Assembly: GCA_029252105.1 (NCBI GenBank)
Contig: JAQXCA010000026.1
Location: 12,765 to 76,764, forward strand
Length of the DNA: 64,000 nucleotides
From: Flavobacteriaceae bacterium
Lineage (GTDB): Bacteria > Bacteroidota > Bacteroidia > Flavobacteriales > Flavobacteriaceae
Reading direction: 5' to 3'
Shown: positions 1-9,453 of the stretch, in pieces
Numbering within the stretch: the first letter of the stretch is position 1
Layout of the letters: each line of letters starts with the position of its first letter
Notes under the pieces: generated by a model
What the model was told of the DNA's origin: nothing
Seen by the model: only the letters and a program-made list of their open reading frames with translations
Database searches by the model: none
Position numbers and translations under genes: made by a program

Positions 1-1413
1 GGAATGCGTGCCTTATTAGTGCTTTATATGACCACTTCAACTCTTGGCGATGATGCAAGAGGTGCAGGGTTAGGGTGGACTAGTAAAGAAGCATTAGCAC
101 TTTATGGATGGTATACAATGTTAGTGTACGTGATGTCGATTCCTGGTGGCATGATTGCTGATAAACTCATTGGACAAAAGAAAGCTGTGTTATATGGCGC
201 CATTGTTTTGTGTCTTGGACATGGTGTTTTAGTTTTAACGGATACATGGGCTTTCTATACAGGACTTGGACTTGTGATTTTAGGAGTTGGTCTATTAAAA
301 CCAAACATTTCAACAATGGTAGGCGGTTTGTATAAAGAAGGTGATATCCGACGAGATAAAGGGTTTAGTATCTTCTATATCGGAATAAATTTAGGGTCAC
401 TTCTAGCGACCTTAATTATTGGATTAGTCGTCAAAAAATGGGGATGGCATTCTGGATTTGGTTTAGCAGGAATTGTGATGTTAATTGGTTTAGTTAATTA
501 TATCTATGGACAGAGATTTCTTACACATGTTGGTAATTTTGTTTCTAATGAAAATGACCCAAATGAGATCTCTTATGGAAAATTATATGCTAAATTATTT
601 CAATCCCCTATTCAATTAGGATTTACCATTATTCTCTTAACAGCATCTGCTTTTGGATGGTATGCTCTGGAATGGGGCTACGGATTACTTTTTATATTTT
701 TAACGGCTATTACGTCTTTATTAATGATGATATATAAAGAACTAGATTCTCAGATTTTTAAAGATCGGTTTTTAGTACTGTTACTCTCCTTTATCATGGT
801 AATTGTATTTTGGGGAGCTTTTGAGCAAGCAGGTGGACTAATGAACTTATATACAGAATCAAATACAGATCGTATATTATTTGGTTGGGAAATTCCAACC
901 ATAATGTTTCAAAGTTTAAATGCAGGTTTTATTATCATTTTTGCAACTGTTGTAGCAAGTATTTGGGCTAAACGAAAATTAAAAGGAAAAGAAGCGAGTT
1001 CTTTATTCAAAATGGCTTTAGGGATTATTATTATGGGATTTGGTTTTCTTTTCATGGTATTTGCAGCTATGGAATTTGAAAAATCAGGAACTTCTAGTAT
1101 GATTTGGCTTGTTTTAGCTTACTTATTCCACACCATTGGAGAGTTATGTTTGTCACCTGTAGCGTTGTCATTTATAACCAAATTAACCCCAGTGAAATAC
1201 GCATCTCTAATGATGGGAGTTTATTTTGCCGCTACAGGTCTTGGTAGTAAAGTTGCAGGTATAGTAGGAGAAGCAGCGAGTGATTTTGGAGAATATGCTA
1301 TATTTTCTGGTATTTTGATTCTAACACTTATCATAGGTTCCTTATTTATTTTAATATTAAAGCCATTAAAACGTTTAACACATGGCGCTGAAGAGAGCGA
1401 AAAAAACCTTTAA
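1..1413 (+). CDS. POT/PTR family proton-dependent oligopeptide transporter (MFS), 5'-truncated by window edge
   Basis: Frame is open from base 1 (GMRALLVLY, which directly follows the ExxERFxYY motif in this family). PTR2 signature GGMIADKLIG, GLLKPNISTMVG, FSIFYIGINLGS, GELCLSPV; about 12 TM segments. Confidence 0.93.
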   Translation, partial: GMRALLVLYMTTSTLGDDARGAGLGWTSKEALALYGWYTMLVYVMSIPGGMIADKLIGQKKAVLYGAIVLCLGHGVLVLTDTWAFYTGLGLVILGVGLLKPNISTMVGGLYKEGDIRRDKGFSIFYIGINLGSLLATLIIGLVVKKWGWHSGFGLAGIVMLIGLVNYIYGQRFLTHVGNFVSNENDPNEISYGKLYAKLFQSPIQLGFTIILLTASAFGWYALEWGYGLLFIFLTAITSLLMMIYKELDSQIFKDRFLVLLLSFIMVIVFWGAFEQAGGLMNLYTESNTDRILFGWEIPTIMFQSLNAGFIIIFATVVASIWAKRKLKGKEASSLFKMALGIIIMGFGFLFMVFAAMEFEKSGTSSMIWLVLAYLFHTIGELCLSPVALSFITKLTPVKYASLMMGVYFAATGLGSKVAGIVGEAASDFGEYAIFSGILILTLIIGSLFILILKPLKRLTHGAEESEKNL

Positions 1414-1439
1414 AATTAAGTCATTCGTAATATAAATAA

Positions 1440-1994
1440 ATGCCCAAAACCGAAATAGTTACGCAAAGACTTAAGTTAAGATTAATTGATTTATCAGATC
1501 TAGAGTCAATCCATGAGTTACATTCATTACCAGAATCAGATAAATATAATGCACTGGGAATTCCAGAGACTATTGATGAAACAAAGTCTGTAATACAACC
1601 TTGGATTTTAGAGCACCAATCGAATGAAATAAAAAATTATACGTTTGCAATTGACAACAATTTGAACGGCACATTCATGGGGTTATTTGGGGTAAAACTT
1701 GGGGATAAAAAATATAAGAGAGCTGAGGTTTGGTATAAAATTCATTCTGATTATTGGAATAAAGGCTATGCAACAGAATCCTTAAAAGCGATTATAAACT
1801 TTGGTTTCGAGACACTCAAACTACACCGCATGGAGGCGGGATGCGCTGTAGATAATAAAGGCTCTTTTAAAGTTTTAGAGAAAGCAGGAATGGTTAGAGA
1901 AGGACGTCTAAGACAAGTATTACCTTTGAAATCAGGGTGGTCGGATAATTTTGAATATTCAATACTGGAATCCGATGACAGAAAAAACAGCTAA
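1440..1994 (+). CDS. RimJ/RimL-type GNAT N-acetyltransferase
   Basis: T-RL-LR N-terminus, YWNKGYATE acetyl-CoA motif, N-xS-xVLEKAGM-EG. Confidence 0.9.
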   Translation: MPKTEIVTQRLKLRLIDLSDLESIHELHSLPESDKYNALGIPETIDETKSVIQPWILEHQSNEIKNYTFAIDNNLNGTFMGLFGVKLGDKKYKRAEVWYKIHSDYWNKGYATESLKAIINFGFETLKLHRMEAGCAVDNKGSFKVLEKAGMVREGRLRQVLPLKSGWSDNFEYSILESDDRKNS

Positions 1995-2060
1995 AAACCT
2001 TTAAAGTGTTGAATTATTTCCCGAATTTAGTAGATTGAATAATTAACCATTTAACCAATT

Positions 2061-3809
2061 ATGAGTACTGATATTAATGACATGTTCAAAGACAAAGTTT
2101 TAGGGCATCCCGCTGGACTTTTTGTATTATTTTTCACAGAGATGTGGGAGCGTTTTTCCTACTACGGGATGCGCGCCTTGCTTGTTATGTTTTTTACCGC
2201 ATCACTCCTTGATGGAGGCTGGGGCTGGCCACGTGAACATGCCTATGCAATTTTTGGCACCTATACCTCATTGGTCTATTTGTCGACACTCTTAGGAGGC
2301 TATTTCGCTGATAAAAAAATCGGTTATCGCTATGCAGTTGTCGTTGGTGCATTACTCATGACATTGGGTCATGGTGCAATGGCGGTTGAAACCCCATTTT
2401 TCATTTATTTAGGGCTAACTTTACTGGTATTTGGAAGTGGTTTTTTTAAACCAAACATGACCTCTATTATTTCTGAAATGTACAAAGGAAAAGACGAGAA
2501 AAAAGATGGGGCATATACCATTTTTTACATGGGCGTCAATGCAGGAGCCTTTTTAGGAATTCTGCTATGTGGATACCTTGGCGAACAAGTCGGATGGCGT
2601 TGGGGCTTTGGTTTAGCAGGTGTTTTTATGTTGTTTGGACTGCTTCAATTTTGGTTTGCTCAAAATATCTTTGGGAACATCGGAACAAAGCCTGTAAAGA
2701 CTGATGCCACTACAATCGAAGTCAGTGCCGATGAACCAAAACTAAATCCGTTTACACAGCTTCAATTAGGGTTGATAGCCATCGCAGGGATTTTGGGAAT
2801 CTCATGGATTTTTAATGATCCCATTTCAAAAATCTCAGAAGGTGCCTATAATTTATTTGACTTTAGTATGTTTGGAATGGAAGGTTCAAATCTCGCAATC
2901 TTATCCGCTTTAGGACTATTTGTGATACTGTTAGTTATTCGAATTCCTAAATATGACAGAGTTACACGCGATCGTATGTTGGCTGTTATGTTTTTTGCCT
3001 TTATTACAATATTCTTTTGGGCGATTTTTGAACAAGCTCCAAGCTCCTTAACCATCTTTGCACGCGATTATACACAGCGTGTTCTTGAGGGGGATGCAGC
3101 ATTTATTTTCAAAATAGTAAATACCTTAATGACTATAATTCCGTTAGGAATTATCACTTGGGTTTTGTGGCTGTTATTCAAAAAAACGTTTTCAAAATAT
3201 GCGCTTTCAAATATTTTTCTAGCGATTAGTTTCGTCATCATATGGGCTATTGCTCTTTGGATGTTAACCATAGAGTTTGGAAAAGAAATTGCTGAAGTGC
3301 CAGCATCTTGGTTTGGAGTATTAAATTCATTATTTATAATTGCCTTTGCGCCTCTATTTTCAAAGTGGTGGGAAAGCAAATACAACCCAAATGCCAATAT
3401 GAAATACGCTATTGGAATGATCTTATTAGGAATCGGAATGGCGTGTGTGGCTATCGGCGCTTCTGCTATTGAACCAGGAGCAAAAACTGCTTCTGTCAGT
3501 ATGATTTGGTTGGTTTTAGTCTACTTTTTTCACACCATGGGCGAATTGTGTATTTCGCCAGTCGCGTTATCTTACGTGAGTAAATTAGTTCCAGGTCGTA
3601 TGATTGCGATGATGTTTGGAATCTGGTATTTAGCTGTGGCTATTGGAATGAAGTTAGCGGGGGTGTTTGGAGAAGCCTCAGAAGGCATTGCACAATCTGA
3701 AGGGTTGAGTTATTTCTTCTGGATTCTAACTGCAGTTGCGGTTGGACTAGGGGTGTTGTCTGCGTTACTCTATCCAGTAATTAAGAAATTAATGCATGGT
3801 GTTCGATAA
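2061..3809 (+). CDS. POT/PTR family peptide MFS transporter
   Basis: GHPAGL..FTEMWERFSYYGMRA, GFFKPN, YTIFYMGVNAG, GELCISPV motifs. Confidence 0.95.
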   Translation: MSTDINDMFKDKVLGHPAGLFVLFFTEMWERFSYYGMRALLVMFFTASLLDGGWGWPREHAYAIFGTYTSLVYLSTLLGGYFADKKIGYRYAVVVGALLMTLGHGAMAVETPFFIYLGLTLLVFGSGFFKPNMTSIISEMYKGKDEKKDGAYTIFYMGVNAGAFLGILLCGYLGEQVGWRWGFGLAGVFMLFGLLQFWFAQNIFGNIGTKPVKTDATTIEVSADEPKLNPFTQLQLGLIAIAGILGISWIFNDPISKISEGAYNLFDFSMFGMEGSNLAILSALGLFVILLVIRIPKYDRVTRDRMLAVMFFAFITIFFWAIFEQAPSSLTIFARDYTQRVLEGDAAFIFKIVNTLMTIIPLGIITWVLWLLFKKTFSKYALSNIFLAISFVIIWAIALWMLTIEFGKEIAEVPASWFGVLNSLFIIAFAPLFSKWWESKYNPNANMKYAIGMILLGIGMACVAIGASAIEPGAKTASVSMIWLVLVYFFHTMGELCISPVALSYVSKLVPGRMIAMMFGIWYLAVAIGMKLAGVFGEASEGIAQSEGLSYFFWILTAVAVGLGVLSALLYPVIKKLMHGVR

Positions 3810-3818
3810 TTTTGGTAT

Positions 3819-3826
3819 TATATTTG
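3819..3826 (+). promoter_or_regulatory. Bacteroidota housekeeping promoter -7 element
   Basis: TATATTTG matches TAnnTTTG, about 25 nt upstream of the thioredoxin-fold ATG. Confidence 0.55.
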
Positions 3827-3851
3827 TTACTTACTTAAAAATGAACATAAA

Positions 3852-4367
3852 ATGAAAAAACATATCATAGTTGTAGTGCTCATGTTGGGCACGACAACAC
3901 TTATTGCACAAAATATTAATTGGGTAAGTATGAACGAAGCCCTTGCGTTGCAACAAAAAGCTCCCAAAAAAATCCTCATTGATATGTATACGACATGGTG
4001 TGGGCCTTGTAAAATGCTAGACAGAAATACATTTACCAATAAAGATTTGATAGCTTTTGTTAATGAACATTATTATCCTGTCAAATTCAATGCTGAAGGC
4101 AATGAAGATGTAACCCTAAATGGGCAACAATTTACGAATCCAAATTATAAGCCCGAGATGGCTAAGCGTCGAAATAGTTCACATGAATTTTCTCGTTATC
4201 TAGGAGTAAATGCCTATCCGACAATGGTGTTTTTAGGGTTAGATGCTGAGTTACTCGCTCCAATTCCCGGCTATCAAACTGCTCAACAACTTGAGCTGTA
4301 CTTGAAATTGTTTAAAGATGATACCTATAAAGAAATGAACAACCAAGATGCATTTAATAACTACTAA
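3852..4367 (+). CDS. Exported thioredoxin-fold (SoxW/DUF255-like) protein
   Basis: Signal peptide, WCGPC active site, YPT cis-proline loop. The C-terminus may be clipped by an early TAA (see findings). Confidence 0.85.
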   Translation: MKKHIIVVVLMLGTTTLIAQNINWVSMNEALALQQKAPKKILIDMYTTWCGPCKMLDRNTFTNKDLIAFVNEHYYPVKFNAEGNEDVTLNGQQFTNPNYKPEMAKRRNSSHEFSRYLGVNAYPTMVFLGLDAELLAPIPGYQTAQQLELYLKLFKDDTYKEMNNQDAFNNY

Positions 4368-4420
4368 AAAGCGATTGTGCCTTCTTTTACCCCGTAGTTA
4401 GTTAACCTAAAACTCAATAA

Positions 4421-4975
4421 ATGAAAGTTCATATTGAGACGGAACGTCTACTCATAAGAGATTTAGAGGAATATGACGCTAAGGGAATTTTTCAACTCGA
4501 TTCAGACCCCGATGTTCACGAATTTCTAGGAAAAAATCCAATAAATACTATTGACGAAGCCAAACAAGTGATTGATTTTATAAGGAATCAATATGTTGAT
4601 AATGGAATTGGACGTTGGGCTATTATTGATAAAAAAACAGATGATTTTATTGGTTGGACTGGATTAAAATACGAACAAGGATTAAGAGTGGACTTCAGTT
4701 ATTATGACTTAGGTTACAGACTTAGAAAAAAATACTGGGGAAAAGGTATAGCGACCGAATCAGCAATCCAGTCTCTTAAATATGGATTTGAAAAACTCGA
4801 CTTAAAAGAAATTGGCGCAGCTGCTGATGTTGATCATTTAGTTTCAAATAAAATACTTAAGAAGATTGGACTAAAGTTTATTGAAACATTTAAGTTTGAA
4901 GGATCCACATGCAATTGGTATAACCTCAAAAAATCTGAATGGCTAAAATTTAAACCAACCGACGTATACAAGTAG
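4421..4975 (+). CDS. RimJ/RimL-type GNAT N-acetyltransferase
   Basis: IETERL, DLGYRL..YWGKGIATE, S.KILKKIGL motifs. Confidence 0.9.
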   Translation: MKVHIETERLLIRDLEEYDAKGIFQLDSDPDVHEFLGKNPINTIDEAKQVIDFIRNQYVDNGIGRWAIIDKKTDDFIGWTGLKYEQGLRVDFSYYDLGYRLRKKYWGKGIATESAIQSLKYGFEKLDLKEIGAAADVDHLVSNKILKKIGLKFIETFKFEGSTCNWYNLKKSEWLKFKPTDVYK

Positions 4976-5013
4976 TTTTTAATTTTAAATGTTACTTTAT
5001 AATGTCGCTTGTT

Positions 5014-7047
5014 TTAATAATTGACAAAAAAAGCGCCTTTTTCACTAGTCTGGTAAAATTGGATTTTTTTTGCTTCACACGTTAATTTCCAACGTTCTTG
5101 GTACGTTTTATAATTGCTTCCATCGCAAATAATTAATTCAGGATGAAGGCTGTCAATCAAACGGTTTAAGTTAATTTTTGGAGATTGCCTCAATATTATC
5201 CACTTGGGTTTCACACTATTAATATTGTATATCCCTAGGCTGTCCACCACTAAAAGCAATTTATCGTTAATTTTATAGAGCCCGTGGATGCTGTCAGTAG
5301 ATTGCGTTTTTATAGCGGCACCAATGTTATAGTCATTTACCATTCGTTGGTTTTTCAAACTTTCTAAATCGTGGTGAATTTCTAGATGTTGATTGGTTTG
5401 AAATCCAAAAATACTATGTCTAGATTGATGAAACACAATAAATGAATTTTTAGGACTTAAAGCTGGAAGTTGTTTTGCCAAAACTTGAAAACTTAGGACA
5501 CAACCTCCCAAAAGCATCAGGTTTTTGAAGGTTTTTTTATGATAAAATAAACCCAATAAAAATAAGAAGATATAGGAGAACACAAGCGCTGTCATATCAA
5601 ATGAAATTTTATCAAATAGAAACGCTTCTTTAGAGGCGACCCAGTCTACAAACCCATTCATAAACTGAATTGTCCACCCTAAGCTATGGACTAAAATTTC
5701 TGGAGGTTGGTAAATTAAAAGCAACACAAACAATACAATTCCTAAGCCGAGTACCAGCATTAAACACGGAATGATTACTAGGTTGCTCACAAAAAACAAG
5801 CCCGGAAATTGATGAAAATAATAAAGGCTCAGGGGAAAGACGCCAATTTGAGCGGCAATAGATATTTTTAGTAAATCAAGATGCCAATTAGCAATCTTAT
5901 TTTTAAAACTCCACCACGAATCTAATATAGGCTTGATTATAATAATGGACGCAACTGCTGCATAACTGAGTTGAAATCCGACATCAAAACAAAATGCTGG
6001 TCGAACCAACAAAAGAATAAATGCGGAAATGGCTAAGGTGTTTAATGAGTTTGATGACCGTTTCAAGCCCTTAACGATTGCAAATAAGCTAAACATCGTT
6101 ACCGCTCTGACCACAGAAGGGGATAAGCCCGCAACAATAGCGAAACTCCATAGGATACAAAGTATAATGAGAAGACGGATAAATTTCCCATGCCTTAAAT
6201 ACAGTAATGGCTTCATGACATATTGAAGAATTAACAATAGAATTCCTATATGAAGTCCTGAAATAGCAAGAATATGAATAGCCCCTGCTTTCTTGTAAGC
6301 CTCGTATACATCAGCTGTAATGTCTTGGCGTTGACCTAAAAATAAGGCATTAACAAAAGCGCGTTCAATTGGTTTTAAAGAGAGTGTTTCGAGACGTTTG
6401 TTCAAATTGTTCCGAATCGATTGCGCATAGCCTGTAATGGTTTTTGGCGACTGAGGACTAACCAAAACAACGTGTTCTTTTAAAAATACTTGGCGGTAAA
6501 TTCCTAAACGTTTAAGATAGTTTTTGTAATTAAATTGATAGGGGTTTAATGGTTTGTGAATTGGTTTTATTAATGTTTTGACCAACACTCTTGCGTTTAC
6601 CGTCAAATCTTCTTTAGTAGATGTTTTACTGAAATTCACTAAGAGCAGTCCAGAAACAGGAATTGAATCAATTTTTAAAAGTTGTACATAATAGCGTTGG
6701 TTATAGGTCGTCGGTTTTAATCGTTTTTTTATGATAAATTCAAGGTTGTGTAAACGCTCATCCGTGATGCTATCAAGATGAGTGTAATGAGATTCTGGAA
6801 GTGTAGCTGACTGTATTTTTGATATAAAAACACCGATTAAAATCATGACAAGTAATACAATAAATGAGGGCCAATGCATTGTTTTTTTTTGTGACTCACA
6901 ATAAAAGTGTGTCACGATTAATACAGTAGTTAATAATCCAATAAACCCTAGAATTGAATATATAGAAATAGAAATGTAGTTACTGATAAGGATGCCAATT
7001 AGGAGACAAAAAGTGAGCTTTATAATTGGGTAATTAAGGGAGTTCAT
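5014..7047 (-). CDS. comEC: ComEC/Rec2 competence membrane protein
   Basis: HILAISGLHIG, SPSVVRA and GFQLSY competence-domain motifs; N-terminal OB/DUF4131 region (NPYQFNYKNYL). Confidence 0.92.
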   Translation of the reverse strand: MNSLNYPIIKLTFCLLIGILISNYISISIYSILGFIGLLTTVLIVTHFYCESQKKTMHWPSFIVLLVMILIGVFISKIQSATLPESHYTHLDSITDERLHNLEFIIKKRLKPTTYNQRYYVQLLKIDSIPVSGLLLVNFSKTSTKEDLTVNARVLVKTLIKPIHKPLNPYQFNYKNYLKRLGIYRQVFLKEHVVLVSPQSPKTITGYAQSIRNNLNKRLETLSLKPIERAFVNALFLGQRQDITADVYEAYKKAGAIHILAISGLHIGILLLILQYVMKPLLYLRHGKFIRLLIILCILWSFAIVAGLSPSVVRAVTMFSLFAIVKGLKRSSNSLNTLAISAFILLLVRPAFCFDVGFQLSYAAVASIIIIKPILDSWWSFKNKIANWHLDLLKISIAAQIGVFPLSLYYFHQFPGLFFVSNLVIIPCLMLVLGLGIVLFVLLLIYQPPEILVHSLGWTIQFMNGFVDWVASKEAFLFDKISFDMTALVFSYIFLFLLGLFYHKKTFKNLMLLGGCVLSFQVLAKQLPALSPKNSFIVFHQSRHSIFGFQTNQHLEIHHDLESLKNQRMVNDYNIGAAIKTQSTDSIHGLYKINDKLLLVVDSLGIYNINSVKPKWIILRQSPKINLNRLIDSLHPELIICDGSNYKTYQERWKLTCEAKKIQFYQTSEKGAFFVNY

Positions 7048-7118
7048 TGCAGTAGAGATGCCGAACCATTGGTTAATGGATCAGAAGTAGGTTTAGATTA
7101 GGGGTTACTCTTAAGCCT

Positions 7119-8231
7119 CTAATTTAATGAATTATAAATTAATTCTGCAACTTTTAGACTGGCGCCTGATCCTCCTAGTTTTACTTCAAGATCATAATAC
7201 GCTTCAAATTGGGCTTCACGAACTGGGCCTTGTAAGATTGCAGTCAACTCTTTTGTTAAACGTTCTGAATTAAATTCTCCTTGAATTAATTCGGTAACGA
7301 CTTCTTTATTTAAAATCAAATTTACTAAGGAAATAAATTTCAGTTTCACTAATCGTTTTCCAATTTGATACGAAATCCAACTCGTTTTATAACACACGAC
7401 TTCGGGTACTTTAAACAAGGCTGTTTCTAAGGTAGCAGTTCCTGAGGTGACCATAGCTGCATGTGAAATACTTAATAAATCATAAGTGCAGTTGGCTACA
7501 AAATGAACACTTTCATTGGCTATAAAAGAGTTGTAAAATTCTGCGTCTTGACTCGGAGCTCCTGCAATCACAAATTGATAGTCGGGAAATGATTTTACAA
7601 TACTTAACATTATGGAAAGCATTTTTTTAATTTCTTGTTTGCGACTTCCCGGAAGAAGCGCAATAATAGGTTTGTTGTTTAATTGATGTGTTTTACGAAA
7701 AACAATTTCATCCACTGGTATTCTGTCCGCAATAGCATCAATAAGTGGATGACCAACAAATTCCACTGGCATATTGTGTTTGTCTTCATAGAATCCTTTT
7801 TCGAAAGGAAGGATGACATACATTTTATCAACATCACGTTTGATGGCGGAAATTCGATTTTCTTTCCAAGCCCAAATTTGTGGAGAAATATAATAATGGG
7901 TTTTATAGCCTTCAATTTTTGCCCACTTAGCAATGCGCATATTAAATCCTGGATAATCTATAAAAATCAGACAATCAGGTTGAAATTTTTGGATATCAGT
8001 TTTACAAAATGCTAGATTTTTAGCGATGGTTCTTAAGTTCATGACAACTTCAAAGAAGCCCATAAAGGCCAATTCTTTGTAATGTTTTACTAAAGTACCG
8101 CCTACATTTTGCATCAAGTCACCACCCCAAAATCTAAATTCTGCGTTCGCATCTATTTTTTTTAGGGCCTTCATTAGGTTTGCTGCATGCAAATCTCCTG
8201 AGGCTTCTCCAGCAATAATGTAATACTTCAT
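7119..8231 (-). CDS. lpxB: Lipid-A-disaccharide synthase
   Basis: AGEASGDLH, IDYPGFN, SPQIWAW, LLPGSR, SGTATLE. Confidence 0.97.
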   Translation of the reverse strand: MKYYIIAGEASGDLHAANLMKALKKIDANAEFRFWGGDLMQNVGGTLVKHYKELAFMGFFEVVMNLRTIAKNLAFCKTDIQKFQPDCLIFIDYPGFNMRIAKWAKIEGYKTHYYISPQIWAWKENRISAIKRDVDKMYVILPFEKGFYEDKHNMPVEFVGHPLIDAIADRIPVDEIVFRKTHQLNNKPIIALLPGSRKQEIKKMLSIMLSIVKSFPDYQFVIAGAPSQDAEFYNSFIANESVHFVANCTYDLLSISHAAMVTSGTATLETALFKVPEVVCYKTSWISYQIGKRLVKLKFISLVNLILNKEVVTELIQGEFNSERLTKELTAILQGPVREAQFEAYYDLEVKLGGSGASLKVAELIYNSLN

Positions 8232-8525
8232 TTATAATTTAATTAAAAATGTTGCAACAGCGATCAAAATAGTGGCAGCCAATACACCACCAGCACGAGA
8301 ATCTTGTTTTTTTCTAATAAAATAAAAGAAACAAACTAAATTCAAAATGGCCCCTAAGCTTATAAGTTTTCCCATAAAATTTTCGGATTGTGCTACCTCC
8401 AAAACTTTAAAAATACTGTCGGATCTACCCGATAATTTGCCTAAGATAACGCCTGCGGTAAATAACCCAATTATATTAGCTAAAAGGCCTACTATAAATC
8501 CTTGTAAAAACTCTTTTTTAGTCAT
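8232..8525 (-). CDS. Small conserved membrane protein (3 TM) between surE and lpxB
   Basis: Hydrophobic segments; overlaps the surE stop and abuts the lpxB start. Confidence 0.75.
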   Translation of the reverse strand: MTKKEFLQGFIVGLLANIIGLFTAGVILGKLSGRSDSIFKVLEVAQSENFMGKLISLGAILNLVCFFYFIRKKQDSRAGGVLAATILIAVATFLIKL

Positions 8526-9294
8526 TAAAATCCCATTTATTTAATTCTTGTATATAGTGATGTGCGGTCAAATCATAATGCACAGGAACGATAGAAACGT
8601 AACCATTTTCAAGCGCCCATTCGTCTGTGTCCTCACCTTTGTCTAAGTTGTTAAATTCTCCAGTAAGCCAATAATAATCGCGGCCAAATGGCGTTTGGCG
8701 TTTATCAAATTTTTCAATCCAATTGGCATTCGCTTGACGGCAAACACGAATTCCTTTGATGTCCTGTTCTAAAAGCTTTGGAAAATTAACATTTAGAATA
8801 ATCCCCTTTTGTAAACCTTGTGTTAAGACTTGTAAAGTGACTGTTTTTATAAACGCTTCAATTTGACTAAAATCTGCTTCCCATTTATAATCTAAAAGTG
8901 AAAATCCAATAGCAGGAATACCTTCCATACCCGCTTCAATGGCGGCACTCATTGTACCAGAATAAATCACGTTTACTGATGAGTTTGAGCCATGATTGAC
9001 GCCAGAAACGCACAAGTCTGGTTTACGATCTAAGAGTTCGTGTACTGCTAATTTTACACAATCTGCAGGAGTTCCAGATGTACTATATTCCGTTTGCGGA
9101 CCTTTATCAATGCGTTCTCTTTTACAATACAAGGTATCGTTAATTGTGATCGCATGTCCCATTGCACTTTGTGGACTATCTGGTGCTACAACGATAACTT
9201 CTCCAATAGTATTCATAACTTTTATTAGAGTACGAATGCCTGGTGCAGTGATGCCATCATCATTGGTGACCAAAATTAAAGGTCTTTTTGTCAT
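8518..9294 (-). CDS. surE: 5'/3'-nucleotidase SurE
   Basis: LVTNDDG, SGTPADCV, SGVNHGSN, YSGT motifs. Confidence 0.97.
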   Translation of the reverse strand: MTKRPLILVTNDDGITAPGIRTLIKVMNTIGEVIVVAPDSPQSAMGHAITINDTLYCKRERIDKGPQTEYSTSGTPADCVKLAVHELLDRKPDLCVSGVNHGSNSSVNVIYSGTMSAAIEAGMEGIPAIGFSLLDYKWEADFSQIEAFIKTVTLQVLTQGLQKGIILNVNFPKLLEQDIKGIRVCRQANANWIEKFDKRQTPFGRDYYWLTGEFNNLDKGEDTDEWALENGYVSIVPVHYDLTAHHYIQELNKWDFND

Positions 9295-9316
9295 TTATGA
9301 TACGTTTAAGTTCCTA

Positions 9317-9324
9317 CAAAAGTA
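9317..9324 (-). promoter_or_regulatory. -7 promoter element for surE-lpxB-comEC
   Basis: Minus strand reads TACTTTTG, about 22 nt upstream of the surE ATG. Confidence 0.5.
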
Positions 9325-9453
9325 AGTAATTTGTAGCGTATTTGATGATTTGAGACGCTTTAACAAAAAATTATTACCATTCCATATGGTTAGCATTATT
9401 TTTTCTTATACTTTAGAATATTATTTATAAGTTCCAAAAAACAATACATTCCT

